A stretch of DNA of 64,000 nt, taken from the NCBI GenBank assembly GCA_003707115.1, contig PPNB01000003.1:558001-622000 (forward strand). Direction: 5' to 3'. The stretch comes from Tortispora ganteri. Its lineage: Eukaryota. Position numbers and translations under genes: made by a program. This document shows positions 43,348-55,074 of the stretch, piece by piece. The notes below the pieces were generated by a model. It saw nothing but the letters and a program-made list of their open reading frames with translations, did no database searches and was not told where the DNA came from. Within the stretch, counting starts at the first letter, position 1; every line of letters starts with the position of its first letter.

Positions 43348-46300
43348 TCATTTCTTTTTAAATGTCTTCCTTCGTATAAAGACATCAGGAACCTTCTTCT
43401 TAGGTTGATTAGATGGAATTTTGCTCGAAATTGACGATTTAGCAATAGGAAGTGTCTTCGCAAGCGATTTCGTAGCACTAGGTTTCTTTGTGCTTGCATC
43501 TGTCCCTAACTGAATCAGGCCTTCGTCGCGTACAGGTTCGCTGCCAGTTTTAGGCTTCTTAACAGACCTATTAATATCAGACAGGCCGGCAGAATGTTTC
43601 AGTGCCGTATCTTGCGTAGTCTGTTGACCTTGCACAGAGCTAACTGGTTTTTCTTTCTTCTGTGGTTCAATCTCGTTTTCAGTTTTAGCAGCATTGGTCC
43701 TTACTGACGCGGAATCTTCAGACACCAAGGGCTTTTTTGGCTTAGTTTGTTCTAATGCATGCTTTGCACTGCCACCATCAGATGCCTCAGGTGTAGGAGA
43801 ACCATAAATCGTTTTCGTGACATTCTCGATTGCGCTATTAACCTCCAACATCCTTTTAGTACCTTCATACACTAGTCCTCGACGTTTAGCATCTTCCACT
43901 AAACCTTCCCAAACTTCAACCCCGCTGTTACTCAAATGTTCAGCGTCTCCCACTACCCAGAGAGACGATCGTGCACGGGTCAGACTGACATTCATGCGAC
44001 GCATATCGCTCAGAAATCCTATACTCTGAGAATCAGATGGCTTTTGTCCTCTTGATCTGACGCAAGATAAGATCACAATTGCTTTTTCTTGCCCCTGAAA
44101 TCCATCAATAGTGTTAAAATCGATTGCTTGCAAAACCATTTTACCGTACAACCTAGTAAATGCATTTTTAAGCTCATGCAGTTGTTGCTTGTAGGGGGTA
44201 ACAATTCCAATCTTTCCAGTAAAATTGATGTCACTGTAACGACGCGTAAGTTTATCATAAAGATCAGTTATAAAAGCCGTTTCCGTAGGATTGTAAACTG
44301 ACATAGTTCGCTTCGAAACTATCTCTTGGCCTTTCACATTAAAAAATATGTAAGGCCCAAATATCGTAGTGCGGTGCCAGGGAACTAAAGTGGTATTAGC
44401 CATGTCAGGGCCATCCGAGAGATTCCCCTCATAAAACATCTTGCTAGGAAAAACTGAAATTTCTGGGTGCATGCGGTACTGAATTGAAAGCATATTAACA
44501 GCACTTGGATTTTTTTTCATTATGCGAGTAAACAAGCTTCTTTCATAGTTGAATCTTGATGCTGCTTTTGACAAAACTGTCGGTGGCAACTGGTTTGGAT
44601 CACCAACCAATATGCACCGTGTGCATCCAAATCTCAGCGGAATCAAAGTGGAAAGCTCTATACACTGACAAGCTTCATCTATTATAACTGTCTCAAACAC
44701 AGGCGATATGCTTTTCAGTATATCATGCGCACTACCTGATAAAGTAGCACAAATAATATCAGATTCCTCCAAAATTTCTTTCTGTAACATCTTTCGTTGA
44801 ATTTCATTTTGCCTATTAGTAGTTTTCTTCTTCTCTCTTTGCTCATCAAGTTCACGACCAAGTTTCCTTCTCGTTCTATTCAGCTCATCCAATTGATCTT
44901 CAAGTTTCGCTCTTTCATCAGCACCCAGCCTTATTTCACTATCAAGCATTTCACGTACTCTGTTGCGCTCAGATCCAAGAATATCAAGCTGTTTTCGAAG
45001 ATCGTTATCTGCTCCATCACCAACTGAAGCCGCTCCACTGTCACCCTGTAACTTGCTTTCCACCAGGGACTGCAAAGTGACATCAAGTACGGCTGAATTC
45101 ACTACTTCGTCTCGACCCAATCTCACAATGTTCGGACTAATACTTTTTCCTGTGTTGGAAGTTAAGCCTTTCTTCAATCGGACAACAAGTTCGTCCACAG
45201 CAGCATTGCTAGGCGCACATATTAGTATGCGTTTTTTCGGTTTTTTAGCTGTCTTTTCATCAGCATTAGACAACCTACGGGCCCCTGAAATTACAATGCT
45301 CTTCCCCTTAGTCTGAGCTGTCAAAAGTGAACCAACAATGCTGAGTATAGTTTTTGTTTTTCCTGTACCAGGAGGACCTTGAATAAGCGTAAAACCGGAA
45401 GAATTGAGGGCAGCAAATACAGCTGCAGCTTGCGGTTCATTACAACCGTGAACTTTACAGAGTGTACTTATTTGTCTTTCATCTGGTCGAATCTGAACGG
45501 AAGATCTACCTTGAAGCACATTATTGCAAAGTTCATAAAATGGAAGAGCGTATAGTGATCCATATTCTCGCTCAACAGATACCAATGGCATTATCCTCAA
45601 CAAATGCAATTCAGTTGTGGGTAATAGATGCTTCATCATTGTCGAAGGGCAATATGTACGTACCGTTGTGGCCAACCTATCCGGAAACCTCTTTAATTCA
45701 ACTACCTTGGCTAGACAGCTAGGCGCATCTTTCTTAGGCATCATTGCTCTTGAACCAGGTGGTGCATCAGATGGGGTATAATAAGATAGTAAAACCAAGT
45801 CACCATCGTTCAAAGTCAAATTATTATAATTATCAAGATCGATAGTAAGAGTAACATCGATGAAGTCATCTACAGTTGCCCTATTGGTTATAGATGCACG
45901 GAAAGGTCTCTCGGCCAATTCCTGCTTAGAGCGCTGTAACCCTTGCCAGGCTTCAAGAATTAACAAAGGACCCATGTACTCTTGATACGAAAGCACAGAA
46001 GAATATTCCGTAGGTAGTGGCTTCAAGCTATTAGGTGATATGCCATTAGGATACTCAGACTCATCGTGATAATTCCATACCAAAATATGACGCAATAGTG
46101 GTCTAAGATCCACATTCAGCCTGGCACGCATATTCCTCTCAGATTGTTCCCTCGAGGTTCCCGCGCGAAATCCAGAATAACCAGGTATATCAATTTCTGT
46201 GATCTTAGCTCTGCTATTGGCAGCATTAATACGATTCGAAGAGACTGCAGTCTTATTCTCTTTTTTGAGGCCTAAGATGCCGTCCTCCTCATCTTCTGAA

Positions 46301-49300
46301 GAAGAAGAGCTTAAATATTTCTCGAACTCGGAGCGATTGGATGGAGTCGACTTTTCTTTGGTATTGAACCCGGGAGGTCTGGGTGGATGGATAATCGGCT
46401 TAGGTTTTTTGGACATAGTTTCAAATGACTGAGCCATCTGCTGCTGGCGCTTCTCGTTCAATTCATGTCTCATCGAAGCTAACAAAGTCTTAGGTGTCGA
46501 ACCAACAGGTGGAGGTATGACCTTGCCGGGAATGCTGATAGGGCTAGCTGAACCGGTTACTGGTTCGGTACGTTTCATTCTGGCAATGGTGTCAGTGATT
46601 CTCCGCTGACCACTAGAGACGTTTGAACCAGACATAGTGTGCTCATTAAGGGAGCTGTGTTTGAAAATCCCACTTTTCTGAGAACCAGATTTTAGCCAAT
46701 TCAAGATCGTGTTAGAAGGGGTATGCATAACTTGAGCTGTAGGGGCCTCAGGCTCGGCTGAAAATTCACTTTGATACCCAATATTATTGAGCATCAAGAT
46801 AATTTCATTACATTGATCTTCAGAAAGATTGTTCCTATTCTTTTTGGCTTTATGAGCAAGTTTATCAAGTGTTTCCAACACAGAATGTGGTAATTTCACA
46901 TTAGGTGACCCAAAAAGCTTCAAAAGGCGCGTAACCAACCTCACAGAAGAATCCAACAAAGCGTCATCATTGAGTTTCAACCATTGAATTATGACACTCA
47001 TATAAGGCAGCAAGGTAGATAAGAGCATCTCTCCATTAGATGACAATACTAAGGGACTAGAAAGCTCGCTTGAAGCAGGAAAAGAGCTTGAATCATTTTG
47101 GCTAGACAAAGACTGTTCTAGCGTAGTAAAAACCCTTGTTAACGAATTAGCAAGATCCAGAACGTCACGAGTGAAATCCACAAGAAGCTCTTTTGGGTAT
47201 TTTAGTGCCCAGGATAAGGTCATTCTAAATGCAGTTCCCAGAAATAACCATGTGGTCTTCCAGTACCTCAATATCGCGCTTTTGTCATTCTCATCCAATG
47301 CCCTTGATACAATACTGGATCGAGAATCAAACAAAACAGTGTATACATCTAACAAAACTGAACAGGCATATGGAAACGGTTCGTAAGATAGTTTATCGCA
47401 AACAAACTTAAGACTGTCACAGAAAGATTCCATTGCACAGCTGAACATCTTTCCTTCAAATATAGATATTAGAGCCTCCAAACGACCAGAAACATCGTAT
47501 GCTTGCCTGAGAATGTCTACACTTCCTTGACTAATAGATTTCTCCCGGCAAAAAGTAAACTGAAATATGAGGGCCAACCCTTGAGGATTTCTAACCAAAG
47601 ATTGCAAGGTTTTCACATCAAAAGAATTGATAGCGTTCATGTAGGATGCTGTAGAAGCCTTAAAAAAATCCAATGCGTTATTATAGTTCAAACGACTTGT
47701 TCTGTCTGGGTTATTAGGTGCAACAGGAAGTGCTTCACACACTGTGACACTTTTTATAGAGTCCATAAGTTCTATGACAGAATTTAAGCTATAAAGCTTT
47801 AAACTTGATGTGGAGTGTTTCCAGAACCGAGATGGAGTAAAAGTAAACTGTTGAGAGGAGGGTATTCCAGACCATGAAAGGCCTGTTCGACATACTATAT
47901 CAACTTCCAGTTGCAATATACGATTAGTCAGTGAAATAGCATAAGGATGAGATTTAACAGCAGAAAGCTTTCCACCAGACTCATCAATTGCAGTAGATGG
48001 TTCATTGAAAGCACGCTCAATTATCAAATTCTGCGATTCCAAAACCAGAGCGCGCAATGGAATTCCATTTCCAGCAGCAGAAGCCTGAGGTGTGCTTAAG
48101 TTAGAAGCAAAATAGACGTCTATAGAGGTTATAAGAAGTTGGAACAGTACTTTAATAAGATCATCGTGATGCTGCGGAGAAAGGTTCGGTTCATAATAAA
48201 TTCCAAGTAATGAGGAGACAAATACTCTCAAAACGGAGGGAAGAAGATTTGGTGGCAAAGACGTGAAAAAAACCTTGACAAAATTAATAAATGATTCACA
48301 TGTACCTTCTAATAGTATGCAGTATCCACCATCTTGCGTTTTCGCACTTAGAATGTTAGAATATAGTAAAGCAAACTCAGTTGGAGACATATTCTGAAAA
48401 GAGGACCAAAATCCAGCAGGATAGGAAGAAAAAATACAGGATATGCAGTCAGAGAATGATGAGAACAAATTTTCTGCAATATAACTAATGGAATGACTTT
48501 TGATTGTCCTTAATATATAGTCGTGGAAGCTCGATGTGGTAGGAAAAAGCCGACAAATAGCAGTAGGAGATAGTTTTCCAAGTAAAACAGATACAGAATT
48601 CCAGACCATACTTTCTTGAGTAGGATCAGAAATAGTCTTGTGATATTTCAAGAACCGGTCAAGTTGGTCAACCAGGAGATCATCAATGTCAGCAGGTTGT
48701 ATAAGAGAGTTCCGTGTAGCAATAGTTTTACAAGCCCATTTATTATACTGCGGATCTGTCGAGAATATAAATGTTAAAATACCAGGTACCAATTCCGAAG
48801 ACAAGCGTAAGAATTTGCCATTCGTTTGTAAACCGAAGAAGACCCTCTTAAAAATATGATTAAACTGCTGATCATCAAAAATCATCGGAGAGCAGAGAGC
48901 ATCATAGATAGCACTTAATACATGCGGAAGACTGGCAATTTTCAAATCAGGAATCTGTTCCAGTTTTTCGGAAGCGTCTAATAGCGCTGGCGTTACGCGT
49001 TCAATATCTTCTGAAAATAGAATGGAGATCAACTCTGAGTAACGCTGAGCAGGAATGAATTCAGATAGCTTTAGACGACTCAAATGAAATGGCTTAATGC
49101 ACTTGTAACAATTTCTTAAATGATTATTAACAGTAAATACAAACCAATTTCTGTCCTCGTCTGCATTTAAATATGTAATGATTGCATAGGTAGCTATAGT
49201 AGCAGTACCGTCTGTCTCCTTCCACCAGTGCGAGTCAGAATCAGTATGCTTTAAATAGTCTATAGAAGCACGCAAGGCAGTCTCGACATTCTCATTAGTG

Positions 49301-49353
49301 TATGGCTTATTCCAAAGGCTTAGAATAGCAGACTTGCTTCTTGCATGTTCCAT
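43348..49353 (-). CDS. SEN1: SF1B RNA/DNA helicase Sen1
   Basis: Sen1 N-terminal domain, QGPPGTGKT, CAPSNAAVDE, IIDEACQ, VGDPNQLPPT, QYRMHP, DGFQGQEK and RRMNVSLTRA. Confidence 0.95.
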   Translation of the reverse strand: MEHARSKSAILSLWNKPYTNENVETALRASIDYLKHTDSDSHWWKETDGTATIATYAIITYLNADEDRNWFVFTVNNHLRNCYKCIKPFHLSRLKLSEFIPAQRYSELISILFSEDIERVTPALLDASEKLEQIPDLKIASLPHVLSAIYDALCSPMIFDDQQFNHIFKRVFFGLQTNGKFLRLSSELVPGILTFIFSTDPQYNKWACKTIATRNSLIQPADIDDLLVDQLDRFLKYHKTISDPTQESMVWNSVSVLLGKLSPTAICRLFPTTSSFHDYILRTIKSHSISYIAENLFSSFSDCISCIFSSYPAGFWSSFQNMSPTEFALLYSNILSAKTQDGGYCILLEGTCESFINFVKVFFTSLPPNLLPSVLRVFVSSLLGIYYEPNLSPQHHDDLIKVLFQLLITSIDVYFASNLSTPQASAAGNGIPLRALVLESQNLIIERAFNEPSTAIDESGGKLSAVKSHPYAISLTNRILQLEVDIVCRTGLSWSGIPSSQQFTFTPSRFWKHSTSSLKLYSLNSVIELMDSIKSVTVCEALPVAPNNPDRTSRLNYNNALDFFKASTASYMNAINSFDVKTLQSLVRNPQGLALIFQFTFCREKSISQGSVDILRQAYDVSGRLEALISIFEGKMFSCAMESFCDSLKFVCDKLSYEPFPYACSVLLDVYTVLFDSRSSIVSRALDENDKSAILRYWKTTWLFLGTAFRMTLSWALKYPKELLVDFTRDVLDLANSLTRVFTTLEQSLSSQNDSSSFPASSELSSPLVLSSNGEMLLSTLLPYMSVIIQWLKLNDDALLDSSVRLVTRLLKLFGSPNVKLPHSVLETLDKLAHKAKKNRNNLSEDQCNEIILMLNNIGYQSEFSAEPEAPTAQVMHTPSNTILNWLKSGSQKSGIFKHSSLNEHTMSGSNVSSGQRRITDTIARMKRTEPVTGSASPISIPGKVIPPPVGSTPKTLLASMRHELNEKRQQQMAQSFETMSKKPKPIIHPPRPPGFNTKEKSTPSNRSEFEKYLSSSSSEDEEDGILGLKKENKTAVSSNRINAANSRAKITEIDIPGYSGFRAGTSREQSERNMRARLNVDLRPLLRHILVWNYHDESEYPNGISPNSLKPLPTEYSSVLSYQEYMGPLLILEAWQGLQRSKQELAERPFRASITNRATVDDFIDVTLTIDLDNYNNLTLNDGDLVLLSYYTPSDAPPGSRAMMPKKDAPSCLAKVVELKRFPDRLATTVRTYCPSTMMKHLLPTTELHLLRIMPLVSVEREYGSLYALPFYELCNNVLQGRSSVQIRPDERQISTLCKVHGCNEPQAAAVFAALNSSGFTLIQGPPGTGKTKTILSIVGSLLTAQTKGKSIVISGARRLSNADEKTAKKPKKRILICAPSNAAVDELVVRLKKGLTSNTGKSISPNIVRLGRDEVVNSAVLDVTLQSLVESKLQGDSGAASVGDGADNDLRKQLDILGSERNRVREMLDSEIRLGADERAKLEDQLDELNRTRRKLGRELDEQREKKKTTNRQNEIQRKMLQKEILEESDIICATLSGSAHDILKSISPVFETVIIDEACQCIELSTLIPLRFGCTRCILVGDPNQLPPTVLSKAASRFNYERSLFTRIMKKNPSAVNMLSIQYRMHPEISVFPSKMFYEGNLSDGPDMANTTLVPWHRTTIFGPYIFFNVKGQEIVSKRTMSVYNPTETAFITDLYDKLTRRYSDINFTGKIGIVTPYKQQLHELKNAFTRLYGKMVLQAIDFNTIDGFQGQEKAIVILSCVRSRGQKPSDSQSIGFLSDMRRMNVSLTRARSSLWVVGDAEHLSNSGVEVWEGLVEDAKRRGLVYEGTKRMLEVNSAIENVTKTIYGSPTPEASDGGSAKHALEQTKPKKPLVSEDSASVRTNAAKTENEIEPQKKEKPVSSVQGQQTTQDTALKHSAGLSDINRSVKKPKTGSEPVRDEGLIQLGTDASTKKPSATKSLAKTLPIAKSSISSKIPSNQPKKKVPDVFIRRKTFKKK

Positions 49354-49519
49354 GTAGAGAAAAAAAAAAGTTTGGAACGGGGATCAGAATCGTGTTTTCA
49401 TATGGGTGTAATTAAGTTTTACAGTAAAGGAAAACGGGGTTTCACTTTTAAATTATTGTACGCGTTACTCTTTTTTCGAAGAAATAAATATAATATATCT
49501 TTCGAAAGTAGACATTAAA

Positions 49520-51214
49520 TTAAGATCGTAGCCAAAAAATGCAATCGTAAAAATCAATAACTGCAACGGTAGCCAAATATTTTAGATAGCTGTATGGAAC
49601 TAGGATAATAGAAAACCATCTCTTTCGAAATCTTGCACGGTCGAATGCTAGTTTCGTCCATGCAGCGTATTTGGCCATAATGAGGAATTGCTTATACGAC
49701 CGCGGTTTATCTTTTGAAACAATATCACATTTAGCTCTTTGTATTAGGCTCATGTCGTCCTTTGGTCCATCGTAGTCTGCAAACAATAAAGACTCATCGA
49801 GATTCCTTACAAGATCGTTAGTTTTGAAAATCAATAGAACTATGGGTGGAACGTGCGAGAGTAATCGTATAATCTTGCCAAATATAGATCCTCCTGCCAC
49901 TGATGCAACCATTTTTTCCCTTTCTTCCTTTGTTCTAAAGGAATTCAAAAATTCCTTAGACTCAACAGCTTTGCTCGTTCGACCAGTTATAACAGAAACA
50001 AACAAGGTCAAATCTGAGTCTTTAATGTGAGCAAACTCTTTAGCATAGCATTTCATTCCCTCAAGGTCTCCAGATATTAATGAGAGCCATAAACCAGCAT
50101 AGTTGTATCGTGTACTCAATGAAACTTGACGATAAAGTCCATGATCATACAGTATAATCTCAAAGTTATGTCCATTCTTAGGCTTCTCCAGTGCGCGAAT
50201 AGCTAAGTTTCCTCCGTGCGGGTCGCAATGCAAATTTACTCCCGGCGTAAAAATCATGTCATTAAATAGGTTAGCTAAACATTCAGCAACTTGTCGTCGA
50301 GAAATAGCATGCTTATAAAGATACTCTCCATCGTCTAATCGCGCACCTTCAACGTACTCCATCACAAGAATCCTCGGAACGCACCAGTGTATTTTTGGAA
50401 TTCTGACAGCAGTTAGTTTTTGATAGTTTTTTGTCGAAAAATGCTCACTCGTCCTAATAGCATTGTCTGCTTCAGCCGTAAAATCTAGTTCAACAAATAT
50501 GCTGCTCTCGAGTTCATCTGCGAGCCATATCATAGGATATTGTGGGAAAAAATAGTTCATAGCTGTGAAGATTGCCCTAGTCGTAGTAACATCGATAGGA
50601 ATAAATCGCTTAAGTGAAGGATGTTGCAGCTTAACTGCAACATTCTCTCCTGTAGATTTAGTTATAGCTTTGTGAACTTGCGCGAGTGATGCAGTGCCCA
50701 AAGGTTCTGAAGAAAATTCTGCAAATAGGTCATTAATGTCATGTCCGGTGTCTTCTTTGATCATTTCAGCTATATCATCGATGGACGACACAGGACATTG
50801 ATCTTGCAGTGGAATAAACGTGGTAGTCCACTCAGGAGGAAGCACATAAGTCATAGCTGACACATGTTGGCCTAATTTGATGAATATCCCGGCATTTGTC
50901 TCGATCAACTTCAGTGCTCTATTGGCACACCTGAGATGACAAGCTTTAAGCGCCTCTTCGTCGTCCTTACGTAGAGTCCACCCATAATCAGCAAAACATA
51001 AACTGACAACTGGAATAACCCTGCCTACTCTTAGTAATGCGGTAGCGTGATACTTCACATCATCATAGTAGACGAGCCCTGTCGCTGATAAAGCCACAGC
51101 TCCAAATATCTGTACAGAGCGTTTTACAGATATATTCCATGAAGGCTGTGTACCATGAAAACGACTAAACGGCCGCTGAAAAATACGAACTCTAAAACCA
51201 TAGAATTTCTTCAT
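49520..51214 (-). CDS. MCP2: ABC1/UbiB atypical kinase (ADCK1/Mcp2-like), mitochondrial
   Basis: FIKLGQ, ASLAQVH, VAVK, ELDF..EA.N, HCDPHGGN and LYDHG; ATG at 51214. Confidence 0.8.
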   Translation of the reverse strand: MKKFYGFRVRIFQRPFSRFHGTQPSWNISVKRSVQIFGAVALSATGLVYYDDVKYHATALLRVGRVIPVVSLCFADYGWTLRKDDEEALKACHLRCANRALKLIETNAGIFIKLGQHVSAMTYVLPPEWTTTFIPLQDQCPVSSIDDIAEMIKEDTGHDINDLFAEFSSEPLGTASLAQVHKAITKSTGENVAVKLQHPSLKRFIPIDVTTTRAIFTAMNYFFPQYPMIWLADELESSIFVELDFTAEADNAIRTSEHFSTKNYQKLTAVRIPKIHWCVPRILVMEYVEGARLDDGEYLYKHAISRRQVAECLANLFNDMIFTPGVNLHCDPHGGNLAIRALEKPKNGHNFEIILYDHGLYRQVSLSTRYNYAGLWLSLISGDLEGMKCYAKEFAHIKDSDLTLFVSVITGRTSKAVESKEFLNSFRTKEEREKMVASVAGGSIFGKIIRLLSHVPPIVLLIFKTNDLVRNLDESLLFADYDGPKDDMSLIQRAKCDIVSKDKPRSYKQFLIMAKYAAWTKLAFDRARFRKRWFSIILVPYSYLKYLATVAVIDFYDCIFWLRS

Positions 51215-51365
51215 ACAGGCTAACCGCGTACGTTTACTATGCAACAATCTACCGCTAAATATTCGAATTCTACAAAGGAAAGAAGGTCATATTATGAGAA
51301 ATAGCTTCAAAGATTAGGGTTAATCCATCAACTAAACAATGAACGGTTTAACAAACGTGCACTTT

Positions 51366-51770
51366 TCAATCGCGCTTTGCTGCGATAAAATAAGTGTACG
51401 TAGCATTCTTAGTATCCCATGGTCCATCTGGTTCGGCATATATGTCACTTTCAATGATCTTCTTAGCTTCATCAATGCTTTCTACATCTAAAATAAGAGC
51501 CGAGCCGATGAAGGGCAGAGGCTTGCCCTCCGCTATGGCTTCTGCAGGGTCACTGCTGAAACATCCTCCGCCCGCAATTGATTTTTTACCAAGCAAGTTT
51601 GCTTTGAAGTTCTCAAGGTGTTGTCCACGACGCTGCATGCGCTGCTCGTAGAATCCTGGCTTATCGGGAATTTGGACAAGGAATTGAGGCATGTTTAAGA
51701 GTTTAGAAGTGTGTAAAAATTTAGCCTGTATAAATGATCGTCTGACACACGGTGTTCGGATATACTTCAT
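51366..51770 (-). CDS. YciI-like dimeric alpha-beta barrel protein (second in-frame ATG at 51692)
   Basis: FLV.IPD.P....R...R..HL, AGG, GSALI.DVES and I.SDIY; two in-frame ATGs. Confidence 0.8.
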   Translation of the reverse strand: MKYIRTPCVRRSFIQAKFLHTSKLLNMPQFLVQIPDKPGFYEQRMQRRGQHLENFKANLLGKKSIAGGGCFSSDPAEAIAEGKPLPFIGSALILDVESIDEAKKIIESDIYAEPDGPWDTKNATYTYFIAAKRD

Positions 51771-51890
51771 ATAATCAATAAAGATTAATTCCCGGATATT
51801 CGAATGCTCGTAATGTCGATTGTGAAGACCTTTAAGCGTGGAAGTGAATATCTCTACCCCGGGTTTCAACGTATTCTAATTTCACCCATA

Positions 51891-51900
51891 GTCACGTGAT
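51891..51900. promoter_or_regulatory. GTCACGTGAT E-box (Cbf1-type bHLH site)
   Basis: Palindromic TCACGTGA; an identical 10-mer occurs at 58896-58905 upstream of the F-box gene. Confidence 0.45.
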
Positions 51901-52539
51901 AAACAACCTGTTAAAGTTGCAACATTTTCACTCAAATTTCTTTTCTTCGACTCCATACCAAAAACAATTGCCATCGGAGCATACAAACGGGCTAATTTCG
52001 TCTCGAAAATAGTTAATATTAGCTCCGGGGAAAGTCTCCGGTCATCATGTTACTATGGTCTTGAAAAGAAGCTGTCAAAGGCTTCTTGGATGGAATTGGA
52101 AACATAGAGCACGACGCTTTTTGGATCTGGCCGCTAGGTCTTAGACCATACCAAAGTGTCCGCGCTGCGGGGGCTGGATCCAACTTCGGCATTATTGCAA
52201 AGCTATCTGGCTTGTGCATGATCACAGTCATGGCAATTGCTTTTCTGCTTGTCGGAAAGGTAACCCGATGGAGCTTAGTCTTGCGGTATGGAGTTCATCT
52301 TTTACCATTTCTATATTTTTAGAGACCTGTGGAGTATGCTATACGTCCATTTGCACCGTCAAAAGTGCAGGGCTCAATAATACGATAGTCAATGATGAAA
52401 CTTAAACCATAGAGTCAAGCTCTGAGTTTTCGAAGTGAAGAGTGTAATTTCTGAGACCAAAACAAAAACCCATAAACATGTAACTTAATAATAATGATTA
52501 TTATTATCTTCTCGTACTAGGTCAAGTATATCGAACTCT

Positions 52540-53844
52540 TCAATCGACTTTCCAGTGGTCATTGTACTCCGAAGTTCCAGACCCGGAAGCAATTTCTGAA
52601 GTATATAATACAAGAACAGATATCATATTGGCAAAATTCCAAAGGTGCCACGTAGATAAAGTTATGCGGTATTGTACAAGAGTCTCTGAAGCTGAAATTA
52701 GTAAAGCAGATTGTGAAGAAGCTAGCCAAGATGTGAGCCAAGGAGGGGTTATAGTTGTTGTAGGGTGTAATAGGCAAAGATGATGCATGACCAAGTGTGT
52801 ATATACTGGAACAACGATAGGTAAGGCATAGGCACGAACGATCGAATCATAGTACTTGCGCGAAGGCGTCTTCGGAGGTGTGGCAATATTTGGAATGATT
52901 CGCATGAGCGCGTAATACAAGACAAATACCCTGTAAACAAGCGATACAGCCACAGAAGGAGGAACAGTTTGCTGAGCAGCGTGAGATACAAACTGGATAA
53001 AGGTTCTAAAAGATCCCGGGATAGCAGAGGCTATAGCTGCTGCAAAACTTTTATAAGAGTGCAGTATTATGGGGGGAAGAGGAGGCAGAGGTGGTGGTGA
53101 TGACGAGGAAGTGGAAGATGAAGCAGTTTGGCTATTGCCCGAAATAGGCAAATGAGCGGTGGAGAAATCTGTGAAAGTTTCATAAACGCAATAGACAACG
53201 TAAGATATGAGCATTGCACTTTCTATAGTATTTCCACGAGCAGAAACCATGCCATACACAGCTAAAATCACAGTGAGAGTGATAATTACACCTAACGCAG
53301 AGGCAGAAGGGGGTGATTGCGATACTGAGGGGAAGCAAGCAGTGCGATACAAGAAGAAAGCAGACACAGAAATCAGTATCGCAGAGAAAATAAGAGAGAT
53401 GATCATCCAAGTATCCTTTGAACTGGTAGATCGAGCGCGATTTGCGATTGCGCGACTAGTGGATTGAATGACTAGAAGGGTACAAAAGCCCTCCAATATG
53501 GTAAACCAAGCTGTAGCGTTCTCCAAAAACCAATCCCAGATAGAAATAGCTATAGAAAATCCAGGTAATGGGGGTGCATTGTTATTAGCGTATATGTTAA
53601 GCAATATGATGAATATGCTCGGAATCAGAAGTACCTGGGCCAAGGATAATAGCGCAGACACGGGTTTAGTAATAGCGGTTTTCGCGATGAGAAGACGTGT
53701 AGTGGCGAAGAACATTGACATGAGGTCGAGAGCCAAAGTAAAAGCTAAGCCACATTGCCTACCGCCAAGATCGAAAGATAGAGGAACGGTGAGTAGCACC
53801 AATGCTACAAAAAGGAGAGAGTTTAAGGAGAGTAAGGTACTCAT
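52540..53844 (-). CDS. ICE2: ER membrane protein Ice2
   Basis: Multi-pass protein with LTVPLSFDLGG..CGLAF, FTILEGFCTLLVIQ, RG..IESA and YTHL.M. Confidence 0.88.
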   Translation of the reverse strand: MSTLLSLNSLLFVALVLLTVPLSFDLGGRQCGLAFTLALDLMSMFFATTRLLIAKTAITKPVSALLSLAQVLLIPSIFIILLNIYANNNAPPLPGFSIAISIWDWFLENATAWFTILEGFCTLLVIQSTSRAIANRARSTSSKDTWMIISLIFSAILISVSAFFLYRTACFPSVSQSPPSASALGVIITLTVILAVYGMVSARGNTIESAMLISYVVYCVYETFTDFSTAHLPISGNSQTASSSTSSSSPPPLPPLPPIILHSYKSFAAAIASAIPGSFRTFIQFVSHAAQQTVPPSVAVSLVYRVFVLYYALMRIIPNIATPPKTPSRKYYDSIVRAYALPIVVPVYTHLVMHHLCLLHPTTTITPPWLTSWLASSQSALLISASETLVQYRITLSTWHLWNFANMISVLVLYTSEIASGSGTSEYNDHWKVD

Positions 53845-54444
53845 CTAACTGAAAGGCAGAAGAAAGTAACGAAGGTTCGTAGTCTGGAGTCCAGCCAAAC
53901 CAGATAAAAGAAAAAAGTCCGGAAAAGAAAATTACCCGAGAATACGAATAACTTTTACAAATTGAAATTAATAGAAGAGACAAAGATCGAAGTATAGGAC
54001 TGCTATTAGACGTGAAGGGTCGATTATTATGTTGTTATGGGAGTGAAAGGTCACTTTGGTGGGTGTGTGCGGCGCATTACTGTCCCTGTTAACTATGCGT
54101 GTGCTGTAAGGTAAACTTTATACCGCTAGAGACTCATAGTGGTACTTGATTACCGATTCATAATGGATGCTTCAGTTTGCTGTTTTAATATAGCGTCATA
54201 AACCTAATTATTTTAGTTTGAGTAATCTATCAGAAAAAGTGAATATGGACTGCATATTATGGTTTATCAAGCCTATATCTGTTCAGTGAAACTCGCTGGT
54301 TTTTATGAAATCCACCAGTTGAGAAAACACCAACAGCCCGTACGAAAAGTGTTATAGTATTATGACATGTAATTTCTGTTTAATATTTCAGTTCATAATA
54401 GCAGAAAGTTTGTGTATGTGGCCTATGGTTTATGAGAGAGTTGA

Positions 54445-55074
54445 AGATTGACATTCGTACCTCAACCGTTATTGGTTGCTAATTGCCTTACTTATGTATG
54501 GTCATATTATGAAGAAATTCATGTGTCTGTTTCCGCTGGGGTGGATGTACCTATTGATATATCATTAGTGATCACAACTATTTTGGTGCATTAACCTTCT
54601 AGCATACCGTCCGCTACGGAAACTTCTACAGCGGGATCTTTAGCAGTCAACGTTTATGATTGCCCTATTGAGCCCTCGTACGAGGTTGCTTCTGCACACG
54701 TTGTTGCCTACTCAATCGACACTGTGCCTGCTGACCAACAATACTATTATGGTAGTTGTTATAGGCTTCTGCCTCGAAACGGAGGCCTCGATATAGCAAT
54801 TTCAGAAAGCTCTATTGTTATATCTCAATCGGCAAAACATTCAATACTGTCAATCGTTGATATAATGTTCTATACGTAAGGTGATTTCAGATCATCTACA
54901 GTTGCCATATTACCAACAAACTCATATTCCTTCTGTACATCTTTGCAGGGGAACTAACAATTAGATGCTCTGATATGTAACACCGAAGAACTACGCGTAT
55001 AAAACTTCGTAGGAACTTCTGAGAACGACGAATGGAATCTTGATTTGGCATCATCTGCGAATGACATCTATTAA
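54445..55074 (+). pseudogene. Possible degraded ORF in the ICE2-PDB1 intergenic region
   Basis: One + frame runs about 210 codons with only four internal stops, including a 94-codon open stretch (54595-54876). No homolog recognised. Confidence 0.25.

Noticed and set aside
11635..49353. NRD1, SEN1, RNase III, SPN1 and SLT11 in one window as an RNA-processing cluster; likewise NUPM, NUAM and MZM1 as a respiratory cluster
   Set aside because: The genes are separated by many unrelated genes, so co-location is plausibly chance.
52019..52405. Small overlapping ORFs between the YciI gene and ICE2
   Set aside because: Short, mutually overlapping and with no recognisable motif; the longest starts at TTG. 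A small gene cannot be excluded but is unsupported.
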